Positions 10,016 to 20,536 are shown, counted from the stretch's first letter. The stretch: DNA of 64,000 nt from Promethearchaeota archaeon (GCA_011364925.1 RDOA01000017.1:1-64000); one strand, 5' to 3'. Notes: generated by a model from the letters alone, not told the origin. A program made the numbers and translations.

Positions 10016-11258
10016 TATGGTTCAAGAATCAAGGAAATACCTCAAGGGGAAAGGTATAACCAAACTAATTAATGTTGCTAATCAAATAATGCTGAAGAAT
10101 TATCAAAATCTCGATCAATATAAGGATATTTTCTATCAATGTGGCAAATGTGGAAATTGTAGGACAGCCTATCAAGAAAATGGTTGGCCAAGAGTATGCC
10201 CCTCTGGGGAATATGGTAAATTTGAAGCATATTATTTAGGTGGTAAGAATCTTCTAACTTGGGGACTAAATAGCGGTAAACTGGAATGGACTGAGAATTT
10301 AGCAAGGATTTTTTATCAATGTTCAGTTTGTCATGCGTGTTTACAACAGTGTAATATACCTGAAATTCATAATTATGCTGGAGAATGGTTAATGGCGATG
10401 CGAGAAGAAGCTGTCAAGAAAGGTTTTGGTCCAATGAAAGAACATACTCTATACACCGACCATATATTAAATGAATATAATCCTTATCTCGAAAAGCACG
10501 AAAAGAGGTTAAATTGGTTAACCAAAGACATAAATTTAGATCCTAGCGGAGATATAGCTTATTTCGTTGGTTGTACGTCAAGTTATCGGGAACAAACTGT
10601 AGCACTCGCGACAGCGGAAATACTGAGTTCTATGCACTTAAAGTTCAAAATTCTAAAAGAGGAACATTGCTGTGGTTCTCCAGTATTTATGACTGGACAG
10701 GCTGAAAAAGCGAAGGAAATTGCCGAAAATAATGTTAATACATTTTCTGAAGAAGGCATCAAGAAGATTATCACATCTTGCGCAGGATGTTACAGAATGT
10801 GGAAAGAAGTATATCCTAACAAGTTCAAGCTTAATCATGGTATGGAAATCGTTCATCTTCCTGAGCTTTTGATAACTGAGATCAAAAACGGCAAAATTGA
10901 CTTAAACCATTCGTTAGATATGAAAATAACTTATCATGATCCTTGTCACTTGGGACGACATATGGGGATGTACGAGATACCTCGTGAATTATTAAAAAAA
11001 ATACCTGGAATTGAGTTAGTCGAAATGGAGAGGAATCGTGAGAACGCATGGTGCTGTGGATCAGGGGGTGGAGTTAGATCTGCTTTTAAAGGATTATCAG
11101 AATCAGCCGCAAATGAAAGAATACAAGAAGCTCTTGAGACTGGCGCAGATGCTATAGTTTCATCTTGTCCCTTTTGTCTAAATCAGTTTAAGTCTAATAT
11201 TAAACAAGAAGACCTTAAAGCTTATGACATATCTGAGTTAATAAATAAATCTTTTTAA
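9999..11258 (+). CDS. Fe-S oxidoreductase, GlcF/HdrD-like, paralog of 4168..5346
   Basis: CGKCGNC..CP, CSVCHACLQQC, HCCG, YHDPCHLGRH, CCGSGGG, SCPFC. The true start may be the ATG at 10017. Confidence 0.9.
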   Translation: MRVKNSMVQESRKYLKGKGITKLINVANQIMLKNYQNLDQYKDIFYQCGKCGNCRTAYQENGWPRVCPSGEYGKFEAYYLGGKNLLTWGLNSGKLEWTENLARIFYQCSVCHACLQQCNIPEIHNYAGEWLMAMREEAVKKGFGPMKEHTLYTDHILNEYNPYLEKHEKRLNWLTKDINLDPSGDIAYFVGCTSSYREQTVALATAEILSSMHLKFKILKEEHCCGSPVFMTGQAEKAKEIAENNVNTFSEEGIKKIITSCAGCYRMWKEVYPNKFKLNHGMEIVHLPELLITEIKNGKIDLNHSLDMKITYHDPCHLGRHMGMYEIPRELLKKIPGIELVEMERNRENAWCCGSGGGVRSAFKGLSESAANERIQEALETGADAIVSSCPFCLNQFKSNIKQEDLKAYDISELINKSF

Positions 11259-11297
11259 TTTAGTTTATCTTTCCTTTTTTTCTTTTCTCTCAAATTC

Positions 11298-11990
11298 TCA
11301 CTTTTTTACTTCTCCTAGATCGCTAGCAAAAAAAGATTTTCCATAATGGTTAAACAAGCAAGCAGCGGGATTGTGAGGTGAAGATCTATCCTTAGCAATT
11401 AATGTAGTAACTGGTGCTTTAGATAAACTAGTAAATATCGTATCGTGCCCTACGCATAATCCTATTATAATGTTTAACTCAGTTTCGGCTTCATTCATTA
11501 AGAGCGCTTGCGCTGAAGGATTACAGCTAATTGTACCTATTGGGTATCCCGTTTTAGAAATCATTGTGTATTCTTCCGGGACACCTACACTTGTTTTTCC
11601 AACGCTCCCGGTTTTACAACAAACTGAAACTACCGTAAATCCATAATTTTCTAAGATTTTAGCAATTTGTTCTGCCTCACTGAGTAATCCTACGCAAAAC
11701 GCTAATCCCAATTTCTTAAACTCCATACCTTTCGCAAATTCAATGGTATCCTTTAATCGGGGCCATTTTATATATCCTGTCGCTTCAACAATAGACGCTT
11801 CGCATACAGATCTCTTGATAAATTCGTCTTTTTTATAAATTTCACGAGCTTGTTTTTCAATCTCGGGAAAAATTATCATTGGGCAATTTTTAATTTTATT
11901 ATTCGATCGACCAGAAACGCAATGCTCAAAACTATTACATAGATGACAGGTTGGCTCTTTTTCGCTCTTATTTTTAGATTGAGGTTGCAT
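11298..11990 (-). CDS. DUF1847 family Cys-rich metal-binding protein
   Basis: LGLAFCVGL, SVCCKTG, CNPSAQA, GLCVGHD, KDR..PHNP. Confidence 0.85.
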   Translation of the reverse strand: MQPQSKNKSEKEPTCHLCNSFEHCVSGRSNNKIKNCPMIIFPEIEKQAREIYKKDEFIKRSVCEASIVEATGYIKWPRLKDTIEFAKGMEFKKLGLAFCVGLLSEAEQIAKILENYGFTVVSVCCKTGSVGKTSVGVPEEYTMISKTGYPIGTISCNPSAQALLMNEAETELNIIIGLCVGHDTIFTSLSKAPVTTLIAKDRSSPHNPAACLFNHYGKSFFASDLGEVKK

Positions 11991-12163
11991 GATTATTCAT
12001 CCATACTATCTATCCTATAATTCAATGAATAACAATTCAGAAATTAATGTTACGCTTTCTATATCAGGTATAGATGTCTTAAAAAACCATCGAAACTTAA
12101 ATAAAGTTTAATACCCTTTCATTATAATTTAATACTGGATTAAATTAGGTAGGAATTATTTTA

Positions 12164-12931
12164 ATGGAACCCAAAATAGCGATTGAGAAAATAAGAGAGT
12201 TTCTAAAGAAGGAGTGCGACACTGGAAAAAACTTAATCACTATTCAATCAATTAGCAATCAGTTTAAGGCTAATGATGACACTAAAATTAAAATTGGGTT
12301 AGATAAGTATAAAGAAGTAATACTTGAAGAAGAAACGGGATTAGAACTCGGAGGCATGAATAAGAAATCGTTTTCAATTGTAATTCCTATCAAAGAACTG
12401 AATTTACTTCATCCCGGAAATATTACGGTTTTAGGGAATGAAGTGAGTACTCTTGAAAAGCTAAAAGTAGATTTTGGAATAATCCTTTTAATTGGTATCC
12501 ATAAAGATAGCCAAAAAAATATAGATGAGTTAAGACAGTTAAATTTTCTGTCAGATAGTATTGAAGGCTTCTCCATCCGTACTATTCCTCGCAGATTTTG
12601 GTGTCGAATCAGTAGTTCTGCCCTCCAAAAAGGATTTTCTTTTGAATTTTTAGGAACCGCAATCATTCAATTGTATCTCCAAAAATTCAAAGCGCTAGTA
12701 AAATCTGTAGAAGTGATATTTATTAATTCTTATCCCGATTCTATCGATCGATTTATCGTGCTCTCATCAGAAATTTTAGCTGAAATTAGGGAGAAGTGGA
12801 AAAAAAAAATTGATGAGTGGAGAAAAAGAATTGATTGTGAATACGATTGGGGTTGTGAAATATGTCCATATCAAGAAGAATGTTACGATATTAAACAAAT
12901 TTTAGCCTCTCGAGAAGAAATAAAAAGTTAA
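12164..12931 (+). CDS. Short acetyl-CoA synthase beta (CdhC/AcsB) middle-domain-like protein with C-terminal 4-Cys motif
   Basis: LELGG, IEGF..R, WCRISSSALQKGFSFEFLG and VEVIFI resemble the ACS middle domain; tail CEYDWGCEICPYQEEC. Confidence 0.6.
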   Translation: MEPKIAIEKIREFLKKECDTGKNLITIQSISNQFKANDDTKIKIGLDKYKEVILEEETGLELGGMNKKSFSIVIPIKELNLLHPGNITVLGNEVSTLEKLKVDFGIILLIGIHKDSQKNIDELRQLNFLSDSIEGFSIRTIPRRFWCRISSSALQKGFSFEFLGTAIIQLYLQKFKALVKSVEVIFINSYPDSIDRFIVLSSEILAEIREKWKKKIDEWRKRIDCEYDWGCEICPYQEECYDIKQILASREEIKS

Positions 12932-12956
12932 AATTCAAAATGAAAAAATTCAAATA

Positions 12957-13730
12957 ATGAAGTTGAAAAAAATCCCGTTGGTCGTAGCTATCACTGGAAA
13001 AGGAGGAGTAGGTAAAACAATTATAACAACACTAATAGCTAAAGCGATATCTAAATATTTTAAATATAAATTATTATTAATCGATGCGGATCCGACGCAC
13101 CCTCACTTAAGTAAGATGGTTAATTTAACGCCAGAGAAAAGTCTCGAAGAAATCAGAGCTGACATAATTGAGAAAACAATTAGTAAAAAAGCACAAGTAC
13201 AGGAAATTGCGGAAAACATAGATTTTGAGGTTTATAACGCTGTCAAAGAGAGTAAAGATTTTAGTTTGTTATCAATTGGACAGCCAGAAGGTCCTGGATG
13301 CTTTTGCCCTTCGAATGCACTCCTACGAAAGGTTATTGAATCAATATCCAATGATTTCGAAGTCGTTTTGATCGATTGTGAAGCGGGTCTCGAGCAAATT
13401 AATCGAATGGTAATTAAATCGGTTGATATTATTTTAATAGTCACTGATATTTCGATTAGGAGCGTTGAAACGGCGAAATCAATTAAGGAAGCTGCGAACA
13501 AATTTTCAAACTACGGTAGAATTGGTGTGATAGTAAATAGAGTTAAAGGTGATTTCTCCAATATTGTGAGTAAACTTAATGAGTATAGGTTACCCCTATT
13601 AGCAGAAATTCCTGAAGATGGGATCATCACGAAATTTGATCTGGAAGGTAAAGCATTAATCACAATTCCAGAAGACTCTTTATCTTTCCAAAAAGTAAAA
13701 GAACATGTCGAAAAATTACTGGAAATATGA
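12957..13730 (+). CDS. cooC: CooC/AcsF-type nickel-insertion ATPase
   Basis: GKGGVGKT, IDADP, GPGCFCP (CxC), IDCEAGLE. Confidence 0.88.
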   Translation: MKLKKIPLVVAITGKGGVGKTIITTLIAKAISKYFKYKLLLIDADPTHPHLSKMVNLTPEKSLEEIRADIIEKTISKKAQVQEIAENIDFEVYNAVKESKDFSLLSIGQPEGPGCFCPSNALLRKVIESISNDFEVVLIDCEAGLEQINRMVIKSVDIILIVTDISIRSVETAKSIKEAANKFSNYGRIGVIVNRVKGDFSNIVSKLNEYRLPLLAEIPEDGIITKFDLEGKALITIPEDSLSFQKVKEHVEKLLEI

Positions 13731-13883
13731 ATTATATGTCCAGCTCCTTCATTTTTCGATTTATAAAAGTTTAAATACAAAAATTTAGATTTAAGAATCA
13801 AAAAAACAATTCTTATTTCTACAAAACCAAATAGAACACAGAATTCTTGATTTTTAATAAAACTACCTATTGAGTTTATTATC

Positions 13884-14918
13884 ATGTTACGTCAAGTGTA
13901 TATCTTAAAGAAGGGCAATATTATTTACGAAAAAGATTTCGGTAGAGTTTTAACCTTTGAGAACTTCCAAAGTATTTTTAAAGAAGTGGAAGCAGAAGTC
14001 TCTCGTGGCTTATTAGACGATTTTGGAAGCACCCATTTTTTCAAGTATAGAATTATTTATACAGTGGATAGTGAATTGGATTTACTATTTATCTTCATAA
14101 TCGGATTCAATGACGATCTCGAAACTGTTAAACGTGAATTAAAAAAATTAAAAACAGAATTTTTGGTGTCCTTTGGGGATATTATTGATAATTTAGACCC
14201 ATCACTCCTCGAAATATTTGATCCTTTAATAGAATCAATTCATAAAAAAATCAGGACTAAAATCTCATTAGTAGGATTTTCAGGAGTAGGGAAAACAACA
14301 ATAACTAAATTGATAAGTGCCGGAGAAATCCCGGACACTCATATTCCTACAATAACTGGAAAAGTTTCTACTATTAAAATAGGAAAATTGGTATTCCACC
14401 TATGGGATTTTGCTGGTCAAGAACAGTTTAGCTATTTATGGAGCGATTTCATCTATGGAAGTGATGCTGTTCTCTTAATTACAGATTCTACTTTAGAAAA
14501 CGTAGAAAAAAGTAGATATTTCGTAGAACTTATAAAAGAACAGACTCCAAACGCACACTCTGCTGCTATCGCTAACAAACAAGATCTGGATAACGCGTTA
14601 AGCGTTGAAAAAATCGAAGAAATTCTTGGGATTAAAGCGTATTCAATGATTGCGATTGAACCAGGGAATCGAGACAAAATGATTCAAATCGTCGCTGATA
14701 TATTAGAAATGAATACTGAAGAGTCAACGCTACTAAAACCATTATTTGAAAGAGATAAATTGATCCAGTTAGCAAAACAAAGCTTAGAAAACGGAGACTT
14801 AGCTGAGAGTGTACAATACTTCGATAAAATAGCAGATTTATGTTTGAAATTAGGAGACGACGCTCTTTATCGAGAATTTTACGATAAGGCACAGAAATTT
14901 AAACGATATCTACATTAA
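13884..14918 (+). CDS. Longin-like domain + Ras-superfamily (Arf/Rab-like) small GTPase + C-terminal helical domain
   Basis: G1 GFSGVGKT, G2 PTI, G3 WDFAGQE, G4 NKQD; N-terminal ~120 aa with longin-like pattern (VYILKKGNIIYEK). Confidence 0.85.
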   Translation: MLRQVYILKKGNIIYEKDFGRVLTFENFQSIFKEVEAEVSRGLLDDFGSTHFFKYRIIYTVDSELDLLFIFIIGFNDDLETVKRELKKLKTEFLVSFGDIIDNLDPSLLEIFDPLIESIHKKIRTKISLVGFSGVGKTTITKLISAGEIPDTHIPTITGKVSTIKIGKLVFHLWDFAGQEQFSYLWSDFIYGSDAVLLITDSTLENVEKSRYFVELIKEQTPNAHSAAIANKQDLDNALSVEKIEEILGIKAYSMIAIEPGNRDKMIQIVADILEMNTEESTLLKPLFERDKLIQLAKQSLENGDLAESVQYFDKIADLCLKLGDDALYREFYDKAQKFKRYLH

Positions 14919-14996
14919 GCGTTATATAAAGTACCGTAGTTTTGTTTAAATGTAAAAAATTAGAAAAAAAAAGTAAAAAAGTAAAATAAAATATAA

Positions 14997-16124
14997 TTAT
15001 TCTTTTGATTTTGCTTTAGGCTTTTCTTTTAGCTTCTCCTTAAATTTATAGGGACGGTATGTATCTTCGAGTACGTTTAGGTATTCGATTAATACTCCGT
15101 TTGCTTTAGATTTGACATCGTATTGATGAAGAATTATATTTAATATATATCTAGGGTACACAAGGGAAATGTCAACATCCGAGATCAATGCGTAAAGGTC
15201 AATCCCTTCCCCAGTTTTGAATATACGTACAATTCCGTAATCCAGTAGCTTTCTGATTCCACTTTCGACATCATTAACACCTTTTTTTTTAAGCTTTTCC
15301 AAACTGTTTCTCGAGACAATTGAAGTTCTTAGGATTTTCAGAATTTCGTAGAGTTGTGGATCAGTCAATAGCGTAATAATCTTTAAATTGTCTTCTTCCG
15401 ATGGATGATAACTTTGGAAGTAGTCCCTCACTTTAAATTTATATTCTTCACTTAAAGTTTCAGGAAGCCCTCGTTCTACAGATTCTCTCAATAAAGTAAG
15501 AGGAGGTCGCCGAATTGTGAATATATCGTTAATTAAAAAGATCAATTCGGAAGGCATCCCCTTTACAGAAGCTTCTTTGATAATCTCTTTTTTAATTAGT
15601 TCAATTAAAATCCCATCGATATCAAAAAATCCTCTGTAGTATTTCTCTTTCATCCACACCTTTAGCTCTGATTTTGAGACTACTCCTTCTTCCCTTAATC
15701 TGTTTATCAATAATCGATTTATCTCGTCTTCATAAGTTAGAGCAAGAGCCTGTTCTGGATTTAGGTGCGGATACGCAGAAAGCCGTTGAAATAAAAACGG
15801 AATCATATCAAGATACGCTTGATTTTCGTAGTTTTGGAGGATAATACGAGAAACATCAGCTAATCCACCTTCGTAAGCATCAGGATCGTCATCAAGGTCG
15901 AGAAGTAAAATAATGTATAAAGGTTTATCTCCTCCAGTGAAATAAGAGGCGATATTCAAATGCCCAACCATTAAGCTGATCATCCCCGGTTCAGCGGTAT
16001 ATTCGTGAGCAGCATAAATCTGCATTAGGGTCTCTTCTGATATGATGAGTTCCTCAGGATATTTTGAAATGATATCCGTACTAACTTTGGGATCCCATCT
16101 CATCAGAACCAATCCGATCGTCAT
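14997..16124 (-). CDS. uDENN/longin-domain protein with C-terminal winged helices (NPRL2/DENN-like architecture)
   Basis: N-terminus GLVLMRWDPKVSTDIISKYP resembles uDENN starts; two wHTH-like segments (DIDGILIELIKKEII; DVESGIRKLLDYGIVR). Confidence 0.6.
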   Translation of the reverse strand: MTIGLVLMRWDPKVSTDIISKYPEELIISEETLMQIYAAHEYTAEPGMISLMVGHLNIASYFTGGDKPLYIILLLDLDDDPDAYEGGLADVSRIILQNYENQAYLDMIPFLFQRLSAYPHLNPEQALALTYEDEINRLLINRLREEGVVSKSELKVWMKEKYYRGFFDIDGILIELIKKEIIKEASVKGMPSELIFLINDIFTIRRPPLTLLRESVERGLPETLSEEYKFKVRDYFQSYHPSEEDNLKIITLLTDPQLYEILKILRTSIVSRNSLEKLKKKGVNDVESGIRKLLDYGIVRIFKTGEGIDLYALISDVDISLVYPRYILNIILHQYDVKSKANGVLIEYLNVLEDTYRPYKFKEKLKEKPKAKSKE

Positions 16125-19100
16125 TAATCTCTTTCACCTCCTATTTCTTTTTCAGTTTCTTTTAATGAAGAAGGTTTCAATTTTGAATCAGGGATACCTA
16201 ATGATTGTTCAAGCGAAAGTTCTAATTCTCTCCAGTCGTCACCATAAAGTTTAACCATCATTTCTTCCTTTGTTCTCGTCGTAATTCCTTCAGAAATAGG
16301 CTTCTTTGATTTGATTAATCCTTTTACCTTTCTGACTTTTTTAACGAATTTTGGAATTCTAGCTTGCTGGACAACTCTATACGTAACCACGGCTCCTACA
16401 ACACCAACAATGGCAGCAGCTATTAAGATGAAGTAAAATGTTGGCATTCCAGGAAAGAGTTCTTCCATTTGCACATTAATATTTACTCCGACCTGCTGAG
16501 TTGTGTAATTATCTTTAGTAATGTAGATTACGCCAGCTAAGAGCTTGGGCGCAAAAAAGGCTTCAATATTTTCAGTATCGAAAACTAAACTGTAAGTTCC
16601 GGGAGAAATTTCATCAAAATTATAATTAGATTCACCAATGCTAAGATATACCATAGCGTTTTCTAATGGTGGTAGTGGATCACCACCAGTCGAACTATCG
16701 ATTAATCTAATCACAATATTCACATCCTCTCCTTGAACGACATTTACTTGCGTTCCTGCTATATTTTCTATGTCTACTTCTGCATTGAATTCTCTTAAAA
16801 CAATCTTTAAATCAACTAGAGCTGACTTGATTTCGTAATTTTCTTTATGTAAAGTAACATAAAGAAGATAGGAACCAACTGGTTTATGTTCAGTTTTAAA
16901 GTCTAATGTATATGTAAGGTCCATATTTTGTGTGAGAGAACCTGAACCATCTCTTCCGGGTATAATAGTTCGATTCTCATAAACTTGGTACCAGACATAC
17001 GAAGCTACGGTCAGATCACCTAATATTTCGTGCGTATTTACATCTGTATAAGAGAATACAAAGTTTTCTGAGTCTGTAACATTTACCTGACGAGTAAGAA
17101 TTAGTAGTTTATTCTCTCCGTTTATTTCAGCTTCTCGCTCGAGAATATTAATGTAAATCAAGAAATTTGTAAGTGTTGAATAATTTTCATAAGATGCGGT
17201 GATACTCATTATTTTTAAACCAGTACTAAGAGCGTCTGAAGTGTTAATCGTAAATGTGAAATATGTACTATCTAAAACATCGGATTCAATCTCGATTGGA
17301 GCAAGACCTATCCATCTATATGTCAAAATCGCATCTTCTAACGGTGTACCAGACCCTTCGATGTAATATTTCATTGAAACGCTTAAAAGTTCATTGAAAT
17401 GGGCAGTGAATGTTTTATCCATTACTTCTGCTCGTGTTACATGATCGTGAGCACTCATGTCTGTCGGGATGGACTTCACTTTAACAACGAAATTGACTGC
17501 ATTTGGTTCGGGATAGCCTGGATATAAACCTTCGATTCTAATGGAATACAATTTAAAGGTTCCTCCCGCAGATAATTCGTTTGAATTAAATGTAATTGTA
17601 AAATTTCCTAAACCTGAACCAGCTCCCATAATCTTCGTTTTGAAATCGATTGTAGTCCCTATTTCCCTAATATACAAAGTACAAGTAGCACTCGGATTTG
17701 TAATAGGCTGCCATGTGTTTCCATTGTTAATAGTATATTGGAATATTGCAGAATAGGTCAAGTCTTCTCCCCAAAAAGCTTCTAATGTTCCAGAGCTATT
17801 TGAAAACGCCGTATCGTAACTAGTAATATTAAGTTGTTGGGTAAAGATTATGTTAAATGTTATTGTTGCTGCTCCTAATAGAGTGTAATTGTAGAACTGT
17901 ACACCTGCGTTGTCTGTTGGTTTCCATTGATTATCGGGAGATAAGAGGGTTACGTTAAAATCTGCGTTCGTGATGTTAACGATGTTAATTGAGAAATTAT
18001 AGACCCTATCTTTGAAAAACCAGAAGGGAATATCGTTAATCTGGCCGAAAGAATACCCATTCCTTCCAGAGTCAGATATTAAGTTCGTTATACTTTGTCC
18101 TGTTTGATTGTCAAACACCTTAACTACAGCATCAACAGGTGCTCCTCCTGGAAACAATTCGTTTATATTGATAACTCTTATATTTAATCTTGATAGATGG
18201 GTTCTATTGAGAACGTTACATGTTTCTATTAAATCTACTGTAATAACTCCATTGCAAGCAGTATCGTTTACACCGTTAATTTCGATATATAATCCATACA
18301 CTTCGAATTTCTCACTCTGTAACTTCGAGTTCTGGACTTTAGGGATGTCGATCTCTATAAAATCGTTATCTTCGTTAAAGCCATAACCGTTTTCGAAGTA
18401 AAGAAGATTTTCAGTACCGGTCCCTGTGGAATTATTTTTATCTATATAATAAATTGAAACATTTACCAATTGATCGTTCATTGATGTCAAAGTAATGTTC
18501 GCCTTTATTATTTTCTTATTCCCAAAATCAGTTTTGGAACCGCCGGTATAGTAGGTTTCTTGAACAATGTATTTCTCTGCAGTTGGTGGTGCAACATTTG
18601 AACTGTCAACTAAGTCCACATGCGTTTGCGCTTTCACATTATTGTATTCTTTCCTAGTAATATATGATTCGTTTAAGAGAAATGGACTATTACTATAATC
18701 CTCGTTTTCATAATATACTCTGAAATAGTACTCTGTTGTGTTCAGCCAACGGAACGTTGCCTTCCCATTACTATCAAGCGTTAAAGTATTAAGCAAAGCG
18801 CCACCATAACTCTCGTTAACCTCAATATAGCCGTAACTCAAAGGAATTCCTTCCCAATCTATTACTTCGAAATCAATTGTCCATAAATTCAAAGTGAAAT
18901 CGTAAGAATATGAAGTTCCGTTGAGTATTTTCACTGTATTTCCGACGAGTTCTTCGCGAGCGCCTAAGGTATAGTTTGCTGTGATGTTGTATTCACCATT
19001 AAGTAGGTCTGAGAAGGTAATTGAACCACTCAGTGCAGAAGTGTAACCTGAATCTACAACATAGCCTGGTGTTCCTTTAGCAGATTCGTTTAGTAAAAAG

Positions 19101-20536
19101 ATTTCTGCATTAGGAACAATACGACCATCAACATCCCGAGCTGTAATAGTCAATTCAGATTTCCTTGCTTGTACTTCGTGAATTGAAGCACTTAGAGTGT
19201 AATCAAATCCAATGTCATCTACTTGGAAAAAAGCTGATTTTTCCTTATAGGTTTGATCAGATTCATCTCCCCACACTCCTATTTCGAAAAATATTTCCTT
19301 CCCCATATAACTACTAACATTAATGTAAATATAACCTGTTAGGTCCCCGTCAGCACCTCCACCGGAAGAATCCGAAACCGTGTCTACTGTGGAAGAATGA
19401 TCGGGAAAATCAAAAAGATCAGTAGGATCATCCCATTTTCTTGCAGGAACATTATAGTATGCGTCTCCATCGTAACTTTCTGCGTAATTTTGGAAAGTCG
19501 GACTTATATCGGCATCATCGTGGTTATCTGGGTTTGTATCGTAATGAGAACTTGATCCATTTAAAATTCTTATAAAATAACCATCCTTATGAATAGAATC
19601 TGGATTTACATTTTTAGGTCTCTCAAATCTGTAGGTTCTAATGTTCCTATATACCCTCAGGAAAATATCTCCACCTTCAACTATTGGAACGGTAAATGGA
19701 TAAGAAAATAGGGTTCCAGCGTAATCATGAACAGCTGGGTCTCCTAAGATATCGTTTTTCGCACCCCATTTATATGCATACTCCCCTTGTGCAACTCTTT
19801 CTGCTCCCGTCGGATTATTAATCAATCTGTTTTCAAAATACTCGTAGCTAGTTGCTGAACTATTAGATGGATTAGGACTCGGATTGCTCTTACCCTTTAT
19901 TGTGTCAACAGGATTGTGCGAGAAAGTCCATCCGTAAGGTACAAATTTGGTATCAGAGCTATAATCTAATTCGAAATTACCATTTTTTACCCACCCAAAA
20001 CTATCACTAGGATCGTCAGCTTCGTTATTTGCTGCTCCTATATTTCCAAAATACATATATGTATCGAGTTCGAAAGTATTTTGAGATACATTGGTGTTAA
20101 AAAACACTGTAGCATAGTTAATGGAAGGATAGTCTTTCACTACGTAATATTTTCGTAAAATTCCGTTCTCTACAATTCTTATATCGTCTAAATCTGACTG
20201 CATCTTACCTGTTTGGACTAATTCATTATAGTTAAACGAAACGCTTATTCCAAAATCTTGGAAGTTATAGGAATAAGGATTTGATACATTAATTAGCATT
20301 CTATAGTCAAAAGAGTTATCCCACCAAGGAGCCTCACCAAAGATACTCAATCGTGGAACTGCAGGAAGCTCATTGTTGAATTCAGTTCCTTTATAGTCAT
20401 CTATGAGTGCTGCGTCTTGTGTTTGGTTTGTTGAAAATAATGCTGGACTTATATAGATACTCGATATAACTAAAATCGAAAAGATAAGTGCTCGTTTGCA
20501 ATATTTTGTTCTTGTCAGTTTTATCAACTTTTCCAT
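16124..20536 (-). CDS. 1470-aa cell-surface glycoprotein: signal/TM, DUF2341-like region, Ig-like beta domains, C-terminal TM, ~85-aa cytoplasmic tail
   Basis: WWDNSFDYRMLINV and DLDDIRIV (DUF2341-like); many N-x-S/T sequons; TM FYFILIAAAIVGVVGAVVTY followed by basic tail RIPKFVKKVRKVKGLIK. Confidence 0.8.
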   Translation of the reverse strand: MEKLIKLTRTKYCKRALIFSILVISSIYISPALFSTNQTQDAALIDDYKGTEFNNELPAVPRLSIFGEAPWWDNSFDYRMLINVSNPYSYNFQDFGISVSFNYNELVQTGKMQSDLDDIRIVENGILRKYYVVKDYPSINYATVFFNTNVSQNTFELDTYMYFGNIGAANNEADDPSDSFGWVKNGNFELDYSSDTKFVPYGWTFSHNPVDTIKGKSNPSPNPSNSSATSYEYFENRLINNPTGAERVAQGEYAYKWGAKNDILGDPAVHDYAGTLFSYPFTVPIVEGGDIFLRVYRNIRTYRFERPKNVNPDSIHKDGYFIRILNGSSSHYDTNPDNHDDADISPTFQNYAESYDGDAYYNVPARKWDDPTDLFDFPDHSSTVDTVSDSSGGGADGDLTGYIYINVSSYMGKEIFFEIGVWGDESDQTYKEKSAFFQVDDIGFDYTLSASIHEVQARKSELTITARDVDGRIVPNAEIFLLNESAKGTPGYVVDSGYTSALSGSITFSDLLNGEYNITANYTLGAREELVGNTVKILNGTSYSYDFTLNLWTIDFEVIDWEGIPLSYGYIEVNESYGGALLNTLTLDSNGKATFRWLNTTEYYFRVYYENEDYSNSPFLLNESYITRKEYNNVKAQTHVDLVDSSNVAPPTAEKYIVQETYYTGGSKTDFGNKKIIKANITLTSMNDQLVNVSIYYIDKNNSTGTGTENLLYFENGYGFNEDNDFIEIDIPKVQNSKLQSEKFEVYGLYIEINGVNDTACNGVITVDLIETCNVLNRTHLSRLNIRVININELFPGGAPVDAVVKVFDNQTGQSITNLISDSGRNGYSFGQINDIPFWFFKDRVYNFSINIVNITNADFNVTLLSPDNQWKPTDNAGVQFYNYTLLGAATITFNIIFTQQLNITSYDTAFSNSSGTLEAFWGEDLTYSAIFQYTINNGNTWQPITNPSATCTLYIREIGTTIDFKTKIMGAGSGLGNFTITFNSNELSAGGTFKLYSIRIEGLYPGYPEPNAVNFVVKVKSIPTDMSAHDHVTRAEVMDKTFTAHFNELLSVSMKYYIEGSGTPLEDAILTYRWIGLAPIEIESDVLDSTYFTFTINTSDALSTGLKIMSITASYENYSTLTNFLIYINILEREAEINGENKLLILTRQVNVTDSENFVFSYTDVNTHEILGDLTVASYVWYQVYENRTIIPGRDGSGSLTQNMDLTYTLDFKTEHKPVGSYLLYVTLHKENYEIKSALVDLKIVLREFNAEVDIENIAGTQVNVVQGEDVNIVIRLIDSSTGGDPLPPLENAMVYLSIGESNYNFDEISPGTYSLVFDTENIEAFFAPKLLAGVIYITKDNYTTQQVGVNINVQMEELFPGMPTFYFILIAAAIVGVVGAVVTYRVVQQARIPKFVKKVRKVKGLIKSKKPISEGITTRTKEEMMVKLYGDDWRELELSLEQSLGIPDSKLKPSSLKETEKEIGGERD

